Shown here: one piece after another, positions 1 to 10,442 of the stretch | Layout: the number at the start of each line of letters is the position of its first letter | Numbering within the stretch: the stretch's first letter is position 1 | Origin: Ginkgo biloba | Lineage: Eukaryota; Plantae; Ginkgophyta | Direction: 5' to 3' | DNA length: 15,726 bases | Assembly: GCA_024626585.2 (NCBI GenBank) | Contig: JANKJI020000002.1 | Span: 250,687,112 to 250,702,837 of the forward strand | Notes under the pieces: generated by a model | What the model was told of the DNA's origin: nothing | Seen by the model: the letters and a program-made list of their open reading frames with translations, nothing else | Database searches by the model: none | Made by a program: the position numbers and the translations under genes

Positions 1-59
1 ACGTGTTTGTTCCTCTTCTTTGTTATCCTTTGTCGTATTTTGCTTCTTCCTCCTTTGGT

Positions 60-925
60 ACTTCCACCATGTAGAATTTTTTTGGTGGTTTCTTGCATAC
101 ATGATTCTTTGAAAGGTTCCTTGCATGTGTAGCATTCTTTGTTTTTCCTTATTTTGTTATATTGATTCTGTAAGAGTCTGTGATCTATGTTTTCTTACTT
201 CTAACTCTCATTCTGGTGTCATGCTATTGATGTAGAAGTTGAGCATGGTTCGTTCATTCATATGTGCCTTTGTTTGGAGGATTTCAAATTTTTTGCACAC
301 TCACTAATTAATAGCTTTGTGCGAGTTGAATGTTGTAGGGGTCACCCTTGTTTTGATCTGCTCTTTAGTAGAAGTCATTTAGAAGATGTTTGAAATATGG
401 TCTTGTAAATGTATGGTCATTGTACCATTTGCAACTCCATGTGTGCACGTCCCTTCATATGTCGTAGTGTGAAATGTACTTTCTCTATATTTGAATAAAC
501 TCTAGCATTATCAAATGTTTATTTATCCATCCTTGTGATTCTGTTGGTCTGTCAAACTTGAATATTGGGATTTTTGGCTGTAACTAATAGACCACCTTTG
601 ATCCTAATCCCATGCTTTCACTTCCACTTTTGCTTGTTCCTCTAGATCTTCCTGTTTGTCCTCTACATGTTGCTCTTGATCCTCTAGATGTTCCACTAGT
701 TCCTCTGGATCCTTTGCTTGATGCTACTAATGGTGCAATGTTTGCTAATTGTTGTTGCATTGAGTTGATCAAGTTTGTTAAATTCTGCACGTTTTGTTTT
801 AGCAACTGTGGGTTTTGATCTACTACNNNNNNNNNNNNNNNNNNNNNNNNNNNNCTACTTGTTGTCATGTGTTTTGATAGGCATGCAATTTGTCGACAGG
901 ATTGTTTGTTGAAATTTGATACCAC
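60..925 (-). mobile_element. gag: Decayed Ty3/gypsy (chromovirus-like) gag
   Basis: The minus-strand translation gives PKIPIFKFDRPTESQGWINK (resembles the gag 'PxFDG..GWI' motif, ~520-580). It also gives IRKNKECYTCKEPF/KNHVCKK (C-x2-C...H-x-C knuckle of chromoviral gag, ~95-150, with a 1-nt frameshift). Many stops are present, and the region lies directly downstream of a PBS. Confidence 0.75.
636..713 (-). repeat. Degenerate 18-21 bp repeats in the gag N-terminus (Ser/Arg/Gly/Thr low complexity)
   Basis: Recurring cctcta(g/c)at(g/c)ttcc units on the plus strand; the minus strand encodes GSRGTSGTSRGSRATCRGQTGRSRGTS. Confidence 0.7.
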
Positions 926-933
926 TTGTAAGG
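917..933 (-). promoter_or_regulatory. tRNA-iMet primer binding site next to the 3' end of the 5' LTR
   Basis: The minus strand reads CCTTACA-AG-TGGTATCA: the LTR terminal CA ends at 927, followed by a 2-nt spacer and the TGGTATCA PBS core (924-917), immediately before gag. The far LTR end was not identified. Confidence 0.75.
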
Positions 934-2994
934 TCGCAAATGGGAAGCTTAGAAGGAATCAACTAAAAGCAACACTTCCATAGATAATTAACACCACAAA
1001 ATGAATGCAGAAATATAATCTTACGAAACTATTCAATGATGCTAGTCACACTATTAAAAAAGAAGAATGTTATATATCACAAAGAAGGTGAGAATTGGGA
1101 GCACTTGCTCCCCAAGAAGAGAAAGAAAAGTAGAAAGAGAGTGATAAAAGAACATCTGATATGGAGGAAGCATCGGCTTCCTAGATGCTCTTCTTCCAAC
1201 AGGAAGACAACTAGAAAATTCTGAAGACGACTAATGTCAAATGAGGAAGTCTATCTCCCTTACGTAGCTGACTTACATCTATCTTTTGCTACGTCTACTT
1301 AGGCTATTGTTTAAGATCCCAAGTGCGCCTTAATGCTTAGAACTCCAACGTACTTACTCCGGCTTATCCAAAAGGATTGACTAAGATGATTAAGGTTCCT
1401 TAAATTCTTTACATGTAGGCTTCATAAGTTTTCTTCTTTTGGGACTTCTTGGGTTTAGGAGGCTCTACTTTTTCAATTGTTAAAATTAGATGAAACCCAA
1501 AACCTGGCAAGATAGATGGAATAGTGAGAGAAACAATGGCAAAAAGCTTAGCATGATAGGCATTTGCATGACCCCTTGTTTAAGGAAGGAGATTTAGTCA
1601 TGTTGTGTTATAGTAAGTTCTAGATTGGCCCTAGAAATTTGAAACAATGCTAGCTAGGCCCTNNNNNNNNNNNNNNNNNNNNNNNNNNNNNNNNNNNNNN
1701 NNNNNNNNNNNNNNNNNNNNNNNNNNNNNNNNNNNNNNNNNNNNNNNNNNNNNNNNNNNNNNATCAAATCCTCCAACACTAAGCGGGTACATCACTTGAT
1801 CTGGGTCAAATCTGAATAAGATCAAGTGTTGGGTTGTTGTAGACTTAAGTTCAATTTGTGCAAAGTCACTTAAAGGTTATTTGCAGGTAAACATTTTAAC
1901 TTGCAAGAATCTATACTTTAGTTCTGCCTGCAAGTGAGTTATACGCAAGATAGAAAGCAAGTTGTTCATCAATATTTGCATGCTACTTCAGAATACCCAA
2001 CTAGTACCCAACCTAGTGCAACTCCTTGGTACCAATCACTAAAATACCAGGAGGTGCCACTCGAGTCCCATGTCCCCCAAGCGCCCTCTTATACGCAACC
2101 AAACATCCACCGAAAGAACACAAGAGAAAGTGAATGCAAACACAGTGTTTGCAAATTAAAATCAAAAGTTTATATCCCATTAGCCATACACATGGTCGAG
2201 TTGCATTCGGCTCATCAACCTATACAAATAGATACATTAAATCACTTCGTAGCTGGGTTTACAACTCATACTTCAGACCTTTCCTCCTTGGAAGGATGAC
2301 ACACATCACTCGACTCCAGTTCTTGAGCCCTGTAGGCACAGGACTTCCACTGTTCACCAATATTGCCTCAGGCTACCTCAAGGTTGGTGGTCTACTTGGG
2401 TTGCTGCTCAATCGATCATGGTCTTTTGACTTCCTTCCTTTGTCTTCTTCTGGAGTTGCCTCACTCGGTGTATCGACTCCCTTCTTGTCCTCTCTTGGAC
2501 CTTCCTCTGCTGCAACTCTCTCCTCTCCACTGCTTCCTCCTCACTTTTGGGTGCCCCCTTACTTCCTTGGCCTACCACTGCACTTCTTTTGAGGTTGGTT
2601 GGTGACTTCATTAATGCCCTTATCAGTTTTAGTGTGCACCAGCTAGTTCTCTTCTTCCTTGTGCTTGAACTCCACCTAACTTTGTCACCCACGCCCCTGG
2701 TTGTTTGGTATTAATGGCATCTTCATTAAGCCTTCATTTACTATCTCCTTTGTCTTGTCCCAGTGGGTGTCCTCCTTGTCTATCTCTTCGTCGGTCGTCA
2801 ACCTTGTTGTTGTTATCGCTTGCTTGCCTTCTATCATTGTCTATCGATCGTCGTTTGCCTCCCATCTCTTCTTCCATAGAGGTCCTCTTGCATGGTTGTC
2901 ATTGGTAGACTCCTTCCTGGGGCCCTCTCATTGGATTTTGATGTCGACTCTCCACTTGTCTGTCATTGTCCTTTTTTTGTTATCTAGCTGTCCT

Positions 2995-3169
2995 TGATGT
3001 ATGCCATTGGGTTTACCCAAGTCTACTGTCATTGTCGGCAACCATTGTCGGTGATCTGTCTATTGCCGTTAGTTTGTGATTCAGTCTCCTTCGCCATCCG
3101 CTTGTTGGTCCTCCTCAAAATTGATAGAAAACTTATTGTTGATCCAAAATCGGGGATGCTCCTACATCA
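2995..3169 (-). repeat. 3' LTR, the part alignable with the second copy; the LTR probably extends further left
   Basis: About 80% identical by manual alignment to 4042-4213. Similarity stops exactly at CCTACATCA, and the PPT is adjacent. Confidence 0.8.
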
Positions 3170-3181
3170 TCCTCCCTTGTT
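3170..3181 (-). promoter_or_regulatory. Polypurine tract
   Basis: Minus strand AACAAGGGAGGA immediately precedes TGATGTAGG (LTR start) and follows the chromodomain. Confidence 0.75.
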
Positions 3182-3242
3182 ATGGAGTTTACATGAGCCC
3201 CTCCTCATGCCATTCTTCAAAATTCTTCCATTTTTCCTAATT

Positions 3243-3469
3243 CAATCCTTTGAGTTCATCCTCAAAGATCCATGTGCTGTCCTCCTGCAGTAATCCATTC
3301 CACTTTACTAGATACCTGCGGTAATGGTTATTCCTTGTTGCTACCACCATTCACTCCAACACTTCTTCAATCTCTTCTTTCTTCTTTTGTGGCATATGTT
3401 GTCGCTAGTCACCTGCCTCCCCTTCTGACTCTCGGTCTTTGCCTCAGTACCTATACAAGTCAGATGCAT
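3243..3469 (-). pseudogene. Integrase C-terminus with chromodomain (decayed)
   Basis: Minus strand: ASDLYRY*...KKKEEIEEVLE*MVVATRNNHYRRYLVKWNGLLQEDSTWIFEDEL, containing the YLVKW..EDSTW chromodomain signature. Internal stops are present. Confidence 0.85.
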
Positions 3470-3570
3470 NNNNNNNNNNNNNNNNNNNNNNNNNNNNNNN
3501 NNNNNNNNNNNNNNNNNNNNNNNNNNNNNNNNNNNNNNNNNNNNNNNNNNNNNNNNNNNNNNNNNNNNNN

Positions 3571-3941
3571 NAACTTGTTATACGTCTTTGATGAAAATCT
3601 TTCCTTTTGCAAATACACCATAACTAATTCTTCGACTTCGAACTCCTTGTGTTGGTGATATTGATTTGTTGTCGCTTTGTATCCATTATTTCTCCGTGTA
3701 AGTTGTTGCTTGATTGCCTCATGGACCTCTCTTATCTGTTCTTCCAATGCCTCGGTGTTGTCGCTTACTCATCCTTCCCTTGATAGCTCCACCAAATCCA
3801 CCACTGTCTTGGGAATTCATCCATACACAATTTGAAATGGCAACAACCCTATTGATCGGTTCACTGAACTATTAAGCAAACTCTACCTGTGCCACTATTG
3901 CATCCCACTATGTGGGCCTATTCCTTGCCAAGCTCCGCAAC
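3571..3941 (-). pseudogene. Ty3/gypsy integrase core-to-GPY/F fragment (CRM-like)
   Basis: Minus strand: LRSLARNRPT*WDAIVAQVEFA/NSSVNRSIGLLPFQIVYG...EFEVEELVMVYLQKERFSSKTYNK. This matches the CRM-type AEFAYNSSVNR and VYLRKERFP..TYNKL motifs. Confidence 0.9.
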
Positions 3942-4041
3942 NNNNNNNNNNNNNNNNNNNNNNNNNNNNNNNNNNNNNNNNNNNNNNNNNNNNNNNNNNN
4001 NNNNNNNNNNNNNNNNNNNNNNNNNNNNNNNNNNNNNNNNN

Positions 4042-4213
4042 TGATGTCTGTCGTTGAGTTTACATAGGTTTGCTATTGTTGTCGGTAATCATTGTCGGTG
4101 ATCTATCTACTGCCATCGGTTTGCGACTCAGTCTCCTCTGCCATCCATTTGTCGGTCCTCAAAACTAATAGAAAAATTACTATCGGTCCAAAATCGGGCA
4201 TGCTCCTACATCA
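4042..4213 (-). repeat. Second LTR copy (5' LTR or solo LTR), cut by a gap
   Basis: Paralogous to 2995-3169 and ends in CCTACATCA, but is flanked by non-PPT sequence. Confidence 0.8.
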
Positions 4214-4282
4214 CAACTATTGTTGTTATGGACAGCATTCAAAGTTGTTTTTTNNNNNNNNNNNNNNNNNNNNNNNNNNNNN

Positions 4283-5460
4283 AGACTCATGTTGAGGTAA
4301 CCACTCAATCTCATTCCACCTTGTCCACTACAACCTTTGCTACCCTGTCCACATTTGCACCATTAGTTGAGGTTGTTTCTTTCATTTGTTCCCATCCACC
4401 CTTGGCTAATGATGAACTTGAGAAAATTGATAGTGTGTGTTGGTAATGGAGATATAACCAACTACCACAAGCATTGACTGCACCTCCCACTGTGCCAAAG
4501 TCTTTGTCCATCTTCTTTGAGTTTGCCACCACAATTGATGAGGAAATTGTGAAAGACTCCTTCAAGGCAATTTTTGAGGAAGGAGTTGATCATTCCCATG
4601 CCTTTTTCAATAACAACATCTCATTATGAAAATTAATGTACCTCAGTAAGGTATTTTGTCGAATGGTACGCGAGTTAGAGTAGAAATGTCAATTTGTGAT
4701 GCAGGCGATTTTGGGGGTAGTGAATGAAGCTGAAGATCATGCTTAGATTGCAAAGTCAAAACTTGCATTTTTGAATCTTTTATTAATGAATGGGCACAAG
4801 AGATTGGCATCACTGCTAATGCACGCATGGTATTTAATCACCACTCTAAGAAAGATATTCTAGAGGGCTTAGAGGATATAGTCACTTGATTGGGTGGCTA
4901 GATTATCGATCAATTGTGCCTTGCAGCAATGATATGATGCCAAGACCAGGTTGGGCTGCAGTGAATTGGCCAAGGTTGAACTCACCAAGGATATTGAGTG
5001 AGTTAAGAAGCAATATGAAGAAACTAATGTTGAAGTTGATGAAGTCGGCTGTGAATTGTAGCAGATGTTGGAGATGCAATGTGAGCACTGAACTCAGATT
5101 TACCATTTGAATACGCCAGTGTGTCAATTGGTTCAAATTCCTCAACATCATAATTTGTCGGTGCCTTGGGATATGATAATCCCTTATGAAGGTGAGATGT
5201 CACCTCCTTGGAGGTAACTCAATGTGATGTATAAAACATTTAGGGGAAGAGGTCATGTTTAAATATTTTTTGGTTAATGTTGCACTATGGACTCAGCAGT
5301 GGAGAAACTAGATAGAGTTGTGTTGGGGAAGCAATCGATCTTCCAATTTTGGGTGGAAACTGGTGGGCTGTTTAGACGAGGAAAATGATGTCAAGTAATG
5401 TAGGAGATTCTTAGGATATAATCAGAAATCCTTTCGAGACAGTGGATTGCAAAATATCAC
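4283..5460 (+). pseudogene. Long decayed ORF of unknown function; probable 3' accessory (extra/env-position) ORF of an LTR retrotransposon
   Basis: Protein-like reading through scattered stops and frameshifts: a Thr/Ser/Pro-rich start, then EFATTIDEEIVKDSFKAIFEEGVD..., ELAKVELTKDIE*VKKQYEETNVEVDEVGCEL (coiled-coil-like). It lies just upstream of tandem repeats, a PPT and an LTR start. Confidence 0.5.
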
Positions 5461-5464
5461 AACT

Positions 5465-5665
5465 AATTTTGTGGATTGTAGTTGATTTTAGGGGCTAGAT
5501 CGTGAGGGGGGATCAGGGTTGATTTTATGGATTGTAGCAGATTGTAATTAATTTTGTGGATTGCAGTTGATTTGGGGGTGTGGATCATGGTGATGGATCG
5601 TAGTTGGTTTTGAAGATCGTAGCTGGTTTTGGGTTGGATTGTAGTGAATAGATTGTAGTTGATAG
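5465..5665 (+). repeat. Degenerate short tandem repeat array
   Basis: Repeated core GAT(T/C)GTAGTTG(A/G)TTT and variants with irregular spacing. Confidence 0.75.
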
Positions 5666-5708
5666 AAGCAATTTTGAGGCTCACCACATTTTGAACTCTT
5701 TATCATTT

Positions 5709-6000
5709 GAGTGAGGGCACTCGATGAATAGTAGGTGGATAGATGTTGTCAGGATTAATTAAATGTTTATATATGTACTTTGTGACATCTTTCATCTAGA
5801 CTGTACCCTCATATTGCAAGTGGTTAGTGGGTTGTTTGCAATTATAATAGTTGGACGATTGGTGGTTAGGAATTGTCGACTTAGTCATTGTATAAATGTA
5901 TTGTCATAAATGTAAGTTGTGTGAGAGTCAATATAGGAATTTGACTTATGTGAGAAGGAATTCCATTTCTCTTATTGTAATAATAACATGGATCAAAATG
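5709..6000 (+). mobile_element. Pre-PPT hairpin, degenerate PPT and start of a 3' LTR
   Basis: GAGTG-AGGG-CACTC hairpin (5709-5722) resembles the TGAGG(A/G)CA stem-loop found before plant gypsy PPTs. It is followed by purine-rich AGTAGGTGGATAGA, TGTTG at 5744 and a TATAAAT near 5891. The right end is approximate. Confidence 0.5.
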
Positions 6001-6395
6001 TAGAATGAACGAGGGTTGTGAAAAAAAATGCTCTACTTTGAAGAGAAGGAAGATTTATTCATAGAAGGGTGATTAATTCGCACATCGCCATAGTTATTAG
6101 ATTTGACAGGATTTAAATTCTTGGCCATGGCCACTGCAGAGCCATTCGACTCAACGTAGGTTGGCGAACAGGCTTCCATATCCCCTATTTCTCAGATTAG
6201 GTTGCAATTGGAGCAGGATGGCACCCAAGAGAGCTCGCAAGTTTGTCCCAAAAGTGTACCACAAGGTGAGCCCAGTACTCCTTTCTCGCCTATTANNNNN
6301 NNNNNNNNNNNNNNNNNNNNNNNNNNNNNNNNNNNNNNNNNNNNNNNNNNNNNNNNNNNNNNNNNNNNNNNNNNNNNNNNNNNNNNNNNNNNNNN

Positions 6396-7040
6396 CCTTG
6401 CACCCATGCATATGCAAAGAAGATCTTTGTTGCTTGTTGAGTTGTAATTGACTTCTGATTGTATTGCTGAATCTGTCCATAATGGAAGAAGTGCAATCAT
6501 TCTTCCTTGGCAATCATAGGTAGGCCTCCTAGGAAATCAATGGATATTAATTAGTAAGGACTGGTCAGCATAGGTAATATCTTTCATTCATTGGCAGATT
6601 TCCAAATATAACATTAACCACATATCTCAAGTGCTTTACCACATCTTGAATTTCTAGCAAAATGAAAACCTGTAAATTTTCCAAAGTCTTCTTTACACTA
6701 AAATGATCACGTATTTTGGTGTTATGAACTTCAATGAATCTGTTGATCGTGACTGTTTAGGCACACAATGTTTCAATTCGGAACAAGAAGTCATCATGGA
6801 CAAATGGAATTTTTTATAATGATCATCCTAAAGCAAAGTAGCACTCTTTCCAGCCATAAATCTTTGCAAAATCTATATCAACAACACACATTTGTTTCCA
6901 CTGTTACAATATACTTGTCCAAAATCCATATCAACAATATAAATTTCTTTTCACTCTTCATAAGTAAATTACTCAAAATTTAACACATTCAGTAAATAAA
7001 ATATCAAAGTCCTACTAAGGAAATCTTCCACTTTTTTAGC
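6396..7040 (-). pseudogene. Heavily decayed Ty3/gypsy pol: RNase H end, linker, integrase zinc finger and core start
   Basis: Minus strand: KKVEDFLSR (NKVADALSR-like), FVHDDFLFRIETLC, DHFSVKKTLENLQ (GHFG..KT), SIDFLGGLP, IMDRFSN, ITTQQATKIFFAYAWVQ. Confidence 0.85.
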
Positions 7041-7694
7041 AATAGTATTAGGCCAAAGGGGCATGGAGTATAGGAGATATTGGATTGGGATCAGATGGTA
7101 GTAGTTTTGGAATTTGCCTGGCTTGCTTAGGTCTTGGGAGTGATTCCCCGAAGGATCGTTCAGCCTGGTCCCTCTAAGGACTGCAATAATAGAGTTCTTC
7201 TCACTTGTGCTACAGCGCCAAACTCCCATCAGAGGTTGGCAATCAAGTTCAAATCTTCATTAGCAGTTTTTGTTGGGTCTCCTTCAGCATATGATCAGAG
7301 TTAATCCATTTCAAAGCCTGGTTAAGGATCCGCTCAACGGACTTGTGAATGCATTGCTTGTCCAGAACAGCAATTTTATTATTCACTGCGTTAGCTATTT
7401 TGAATAGTTTCTGTTGATTCATGCTTAGGTTTTTCATGCCACTGAACATCTCAGCTATGCATTTACAGTGATTGCCTAGCAGCTTGGAGGAAGGATTGGG
7501 TTCTTCTACCTTTTTCTACAGATACTTCATCTGGTACTTATCATTGTGTTGGCACCTCAGGAATCATTGAACAGGTGGTGATCCAATAGACTGTGATACC
7601 GAATTTCNNNNNNNNNNNNNNTTTCCAGCAGGAAGGAGAGCACTGGATAGTAGTGCACAAGTCAACTTCTGTAGAGAAATATCTTCTAGAGGAT

Positions 7695-7777
7695 TGTGCC
7701 ACAGTCAGGAGCAATAGCACATCCAGCAACGGCTCTTTTGCGCCTCACTCAGGAGCAATAGTACATCCAGCGACGGC
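7695..7777. repeat. 44-bp-period tandem duplication (two copies)
   Basis: TGTGCCACAGTCAGGAGCAATAGCACATCCAGCAACGGC (7695) versus TGCGCCTCACTCAGGAGCAATAGTACATCCAGCGACGGC (7739). Confidence 0.85.
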
Positions 7778-8099
7778 CCTTAAATGATATTTGCTTCAAT
7801 TTTCCTGACTCTGCATAAACTGCATCTGCAGCTACAGTGACCACGTGGTTTCCTGCATTTCTTCAGAATCTGTCACAAATAAGTGTTCTGTTGTACTTAA
7901 ATTGTCCTACATTTTCTATTAAATTAATTTTCTTAAATATGTGTATAGGTAGGTTTATGTGTGCATGTGAAAAGGTTGTGTTAGTTGAATGTTTAACTAT
8001 GGTTTCCCCAATATTATATATAGAATCTATATTTAAATATACATATATATATATAGCCCAAACACATCCTTAATTGTGGTTATCTCAATACTTAACTAT

Positions 8100-8665
8100 N
8101 NNNNNNNNNNNNNNNNNNNNNNNNNNNNNNNNNNNNNNNNNNNNNNNNNNNNNNNNNNNNNNNNNNNNNNNNNNNNNNNNNNNNNNNNNNNNNNNNNNNN
8201 NNNNNNNNNNNNNNNNNNNNNNNNNNNNNNNNNNNNNNNNNNNNNNNNNNNNNNNNNNNNNNNNNNNNNNNNNNNNNNNNNNNNNNNNNNNNNNNNNNNN
8301 NNNNNNNNNNNNNNNNNNNNNNNNNNNNNNNNNNNNNNNNNNNNNNNNNNNNNNNNNNNNNNNNNNNNNNNNNNNNNNNNNNNNNNNNNNNNNNNNNNNN
8401 NNNNNNNNNNNNNNNNNNNNNNNNNNNNNNNNNNNNNNNNNNNNNNNNNNNNNNNNNNNNNNNNNNNNNNNNNNNNNNNNNNNNNNNNNNNNNNNNNNNN
8501 NNNNNNNNNNNNNNNNNNNNNNNNNNNNNNNNNNNNNNNNNNNNNNNNNNNNNNNNNNNNNNNNNNNNNNNNNNNNNNNNNNNNNNNNNNNNNNNNNNNN
8601 NNNNNNNNNNNNNNNNNNNNNNNNNNNNNNNNNNNNNNNNNNNNNNNNNNNNNNNNNNNNNNNNN
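8100..8665. other. Assembly gap (largest); ~100-N gaps also at about 1663, 3470, 3942, 6296 and 13094
   Basis: Runs of N. Adjacency across these gaps is not established. Confidence 0.99.
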
Positions 8666-9480
8666 GACTATCCCAGTTATTCTTCTAGCTTCTGAATGTT
8701 GAGAATGCTGTTGAAGGGCTTGATTTCCAACTTGGTTTCCACTTGTCCTACAAATGGAATCACTAGTATTTGCCTTTGAGTATGCAGTTTGGTAGTAGAA
8801 GAGGGAATGTTTCACATGTTGTGAAACAAATTCTTATTCCAAAGGTGGTAGCTGTAGGTAAATTGTAATAGAATCTGATATGCAGCTTGCAATGAAAAAA
8901 TTACCATCGTTTGGTCCAAACAGTCCACTAAACTATCTTTTCTATCCCACATTTGACCAATATCATCTTGAAGACAGTTTTTCTGCTCTATTGTTTTTCC
9001 TTGAATTCCAGCTTCTTAAGATGATTCTGCTTTGTAGCTTGGAACTGATTCTTGTCCAAAGTTAAACCTTCCCTAGGTGCAATTATAGGAACCTTTTGTG
9101 CCCTCTTGTTGACAATTGAGTTTCCATTGGAATTCATCCTGCTTTCTAGTCCCACAACCAGATCTAAACCATTAGCAGTTGGCAACAATTTTAGGAGGAA
9201 ACTGTCTTTCTTCATTTCAGTCCTTAAGTTATGGCTTTGATGCCAATTTGATCCAGTGTGCCTGGTAATGAATAGCAGAAATGTCTCCAAAAACCACAAG
9301 TAAAATAACTAATTCTGAAATGGGCAAAAAAGAAAGCAAGTTTATTTTTTTACCATTTATTTCTTCTTCTAGGATTTATTTACAAAAGAAATAGTACTTT
9401 TTCTTACATACACATCATCCAATCAAATTGGACATTCCATCCATCTGTGTAGCTTGTTGATCAATGTGCAAGGTTTTACA
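8666..9480 (-). pseudogene. Possible spliced, decayed host-gene fragment (unidentified)
   Basis: Minus strand: TTTTCAG|9480-9408|GTAAG, then an AT-rich 146-nt intron-like stretch, then TTACCAG|9261 and a ~90-codon frame (HTGSNWHQSHNLRTEMKK...EFKEKQ*). Protein-like text continues in shifted frames. No family was recognised. Confidence 0.3.
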
Positions 9481-10302
9481 CTGAAAATTGAATTAGGGAA
9501 TCAAATCAATATGCAAAAAAAGGCAAGATGTCTTTAATGTAATGGTGTAGATTCTTTCACAAAAGAAGTACAAGTTCTTCATGTAAAAGTGCAGTAGTGT
9601 GTGTTTTAGGATCAACTGCGAATTCTTGATATTTTAGACCAACAACACTAAGGGGTTGGTCATCAAAGCTAGATCACTTTTAGCAGAAGGCTAATGTTAA
9701 ACATTGGGTTAGCATTAATGTAAATTAGAAACCTTCAAACAACAAGCCATCCTCTCCCCTTTATTGGACGGTGGTGTACAAGTGATGAATGTAGATTGGG
9801 ATGTGCCAAACCATAATTGATATCTCCATGGAGTGAAACTATGGCCTAGAAATACTTCATAAGTAGCAGGGCTCATTTGGTTGTTGTTTGCCATCTTCAC
9901 CGCAAGTTTTTAGCTGGTAGTAGTTTTGAAGGTGTTTGCATGCAACTTGCTGACATAACAAAGCTGCTGAAGTCTATCTGCCCTTAAATGTGGTTGCTAC
10001 CTTTTTGGATAAATCCAGCAATCAACCGACAGCTTCTTATGAAAGTAGCATTTTTGTTTTAATAGCTGGATCTTTTCTCTGCCTTTGTATGCAATGACAA
10101 CTTGCTGGCTTGTAATTTTTGTTGTACTGTTTTGAATCTAATGTGTGATTCTAGTTGTAAATTTCTGCTCTGAATGTGTTGTTAAGTTCAATTTCCTGTT
10201 TTTTTTGTCCTGAGTGACACCAGAAGTTCATAACTTTAGTTCTTAGCAGTTTCATGTTGTTTAGACTCATAAGTAGTTTGGTATACACTGTACAGTTTAC
10301 AG

Positions 10303-10442
10303 ATTCACATTCCTCAATGTCAGAAAAAATGGCTTGACGAGGAAGCTAAGAAGCCTAAAAAAGATCAAAGGCTGATGCCCCAACCACCAAAGACCGAGAT
10401 ACCAAATAAAGGACGAAGCAATGCAGATTCTTTTAATGATGA
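10303..10442 (+). CDS. Internal exon A of a ZNF474-like C2HC zinc-finger gene (alternative acceptor would start the exon at 10296)
   Basis: TTTACAG acceptor and GA|GTAAGT donor. The open frame (SLQ)IHIPQCQKKWLDEEAKKPKKDQRLMPQPPKTEIPNKGRSNADSFND matches the ZNF474-type 'IHxPQCxxKW..E..KxP..xRR.P..P' segment. Confidence 0.85.

Larger units (their letters stand above)
1797..4213 (-). mobile_element. CRM-like chromovirus (Ty3/gypsy) remnant, with the internal part collapsed in gaps
   Basis: Order on the minus strand: LTR start TGATG (4213), gap, integrase, gap, chromodomain, PPT, second LTR starting TGATG (3169). The left boundary at 1797 (TGAT on plus) is only a guess. Confidence 0.7.

Noticed and set aside
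612-818. Plus ORF with LDPLDVP repeats
   Set aside because: It is the antisense of the low-complexity gag N-terminus.
2134-2997. Hydrophobic plus-strand ORFs resembling membrane proteins
   Set aside because: They arise from CT-rich composition as the antisense shadow of a purine-rich LTR strand.
1792-4218. Target-site duplication for the CRM-like element
   Set aside because: The candidate flanks TCACT and CAACT match at only 3 of 5 positions, so the left boundary is unconfirmed.
6127-6295. ORF-like start MATAEPFDST*VGEQASISPISQ
   Set aside because: It is short, contains a stop, is cut by a gap and has no recognisable motif.
5465-7777. Repeats at 5465-5665 and 7695-7777 as CRISPR-like arrays
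   Set aside because: They are degenerate or have only two copies, with no unique spacers, no cas genes and a eukaryotic context.
8074-8815. Three 200+ aa ORFs in the track
   Set aside because: They consist almost entirely of translated N gap.
9408-9480. MECPI*LDDVY resembling a RING/SINA start
   Set aside because: Only one partial motif with a stop, no downstream RING ligands, and the phase does not fit the next exon-like segment.
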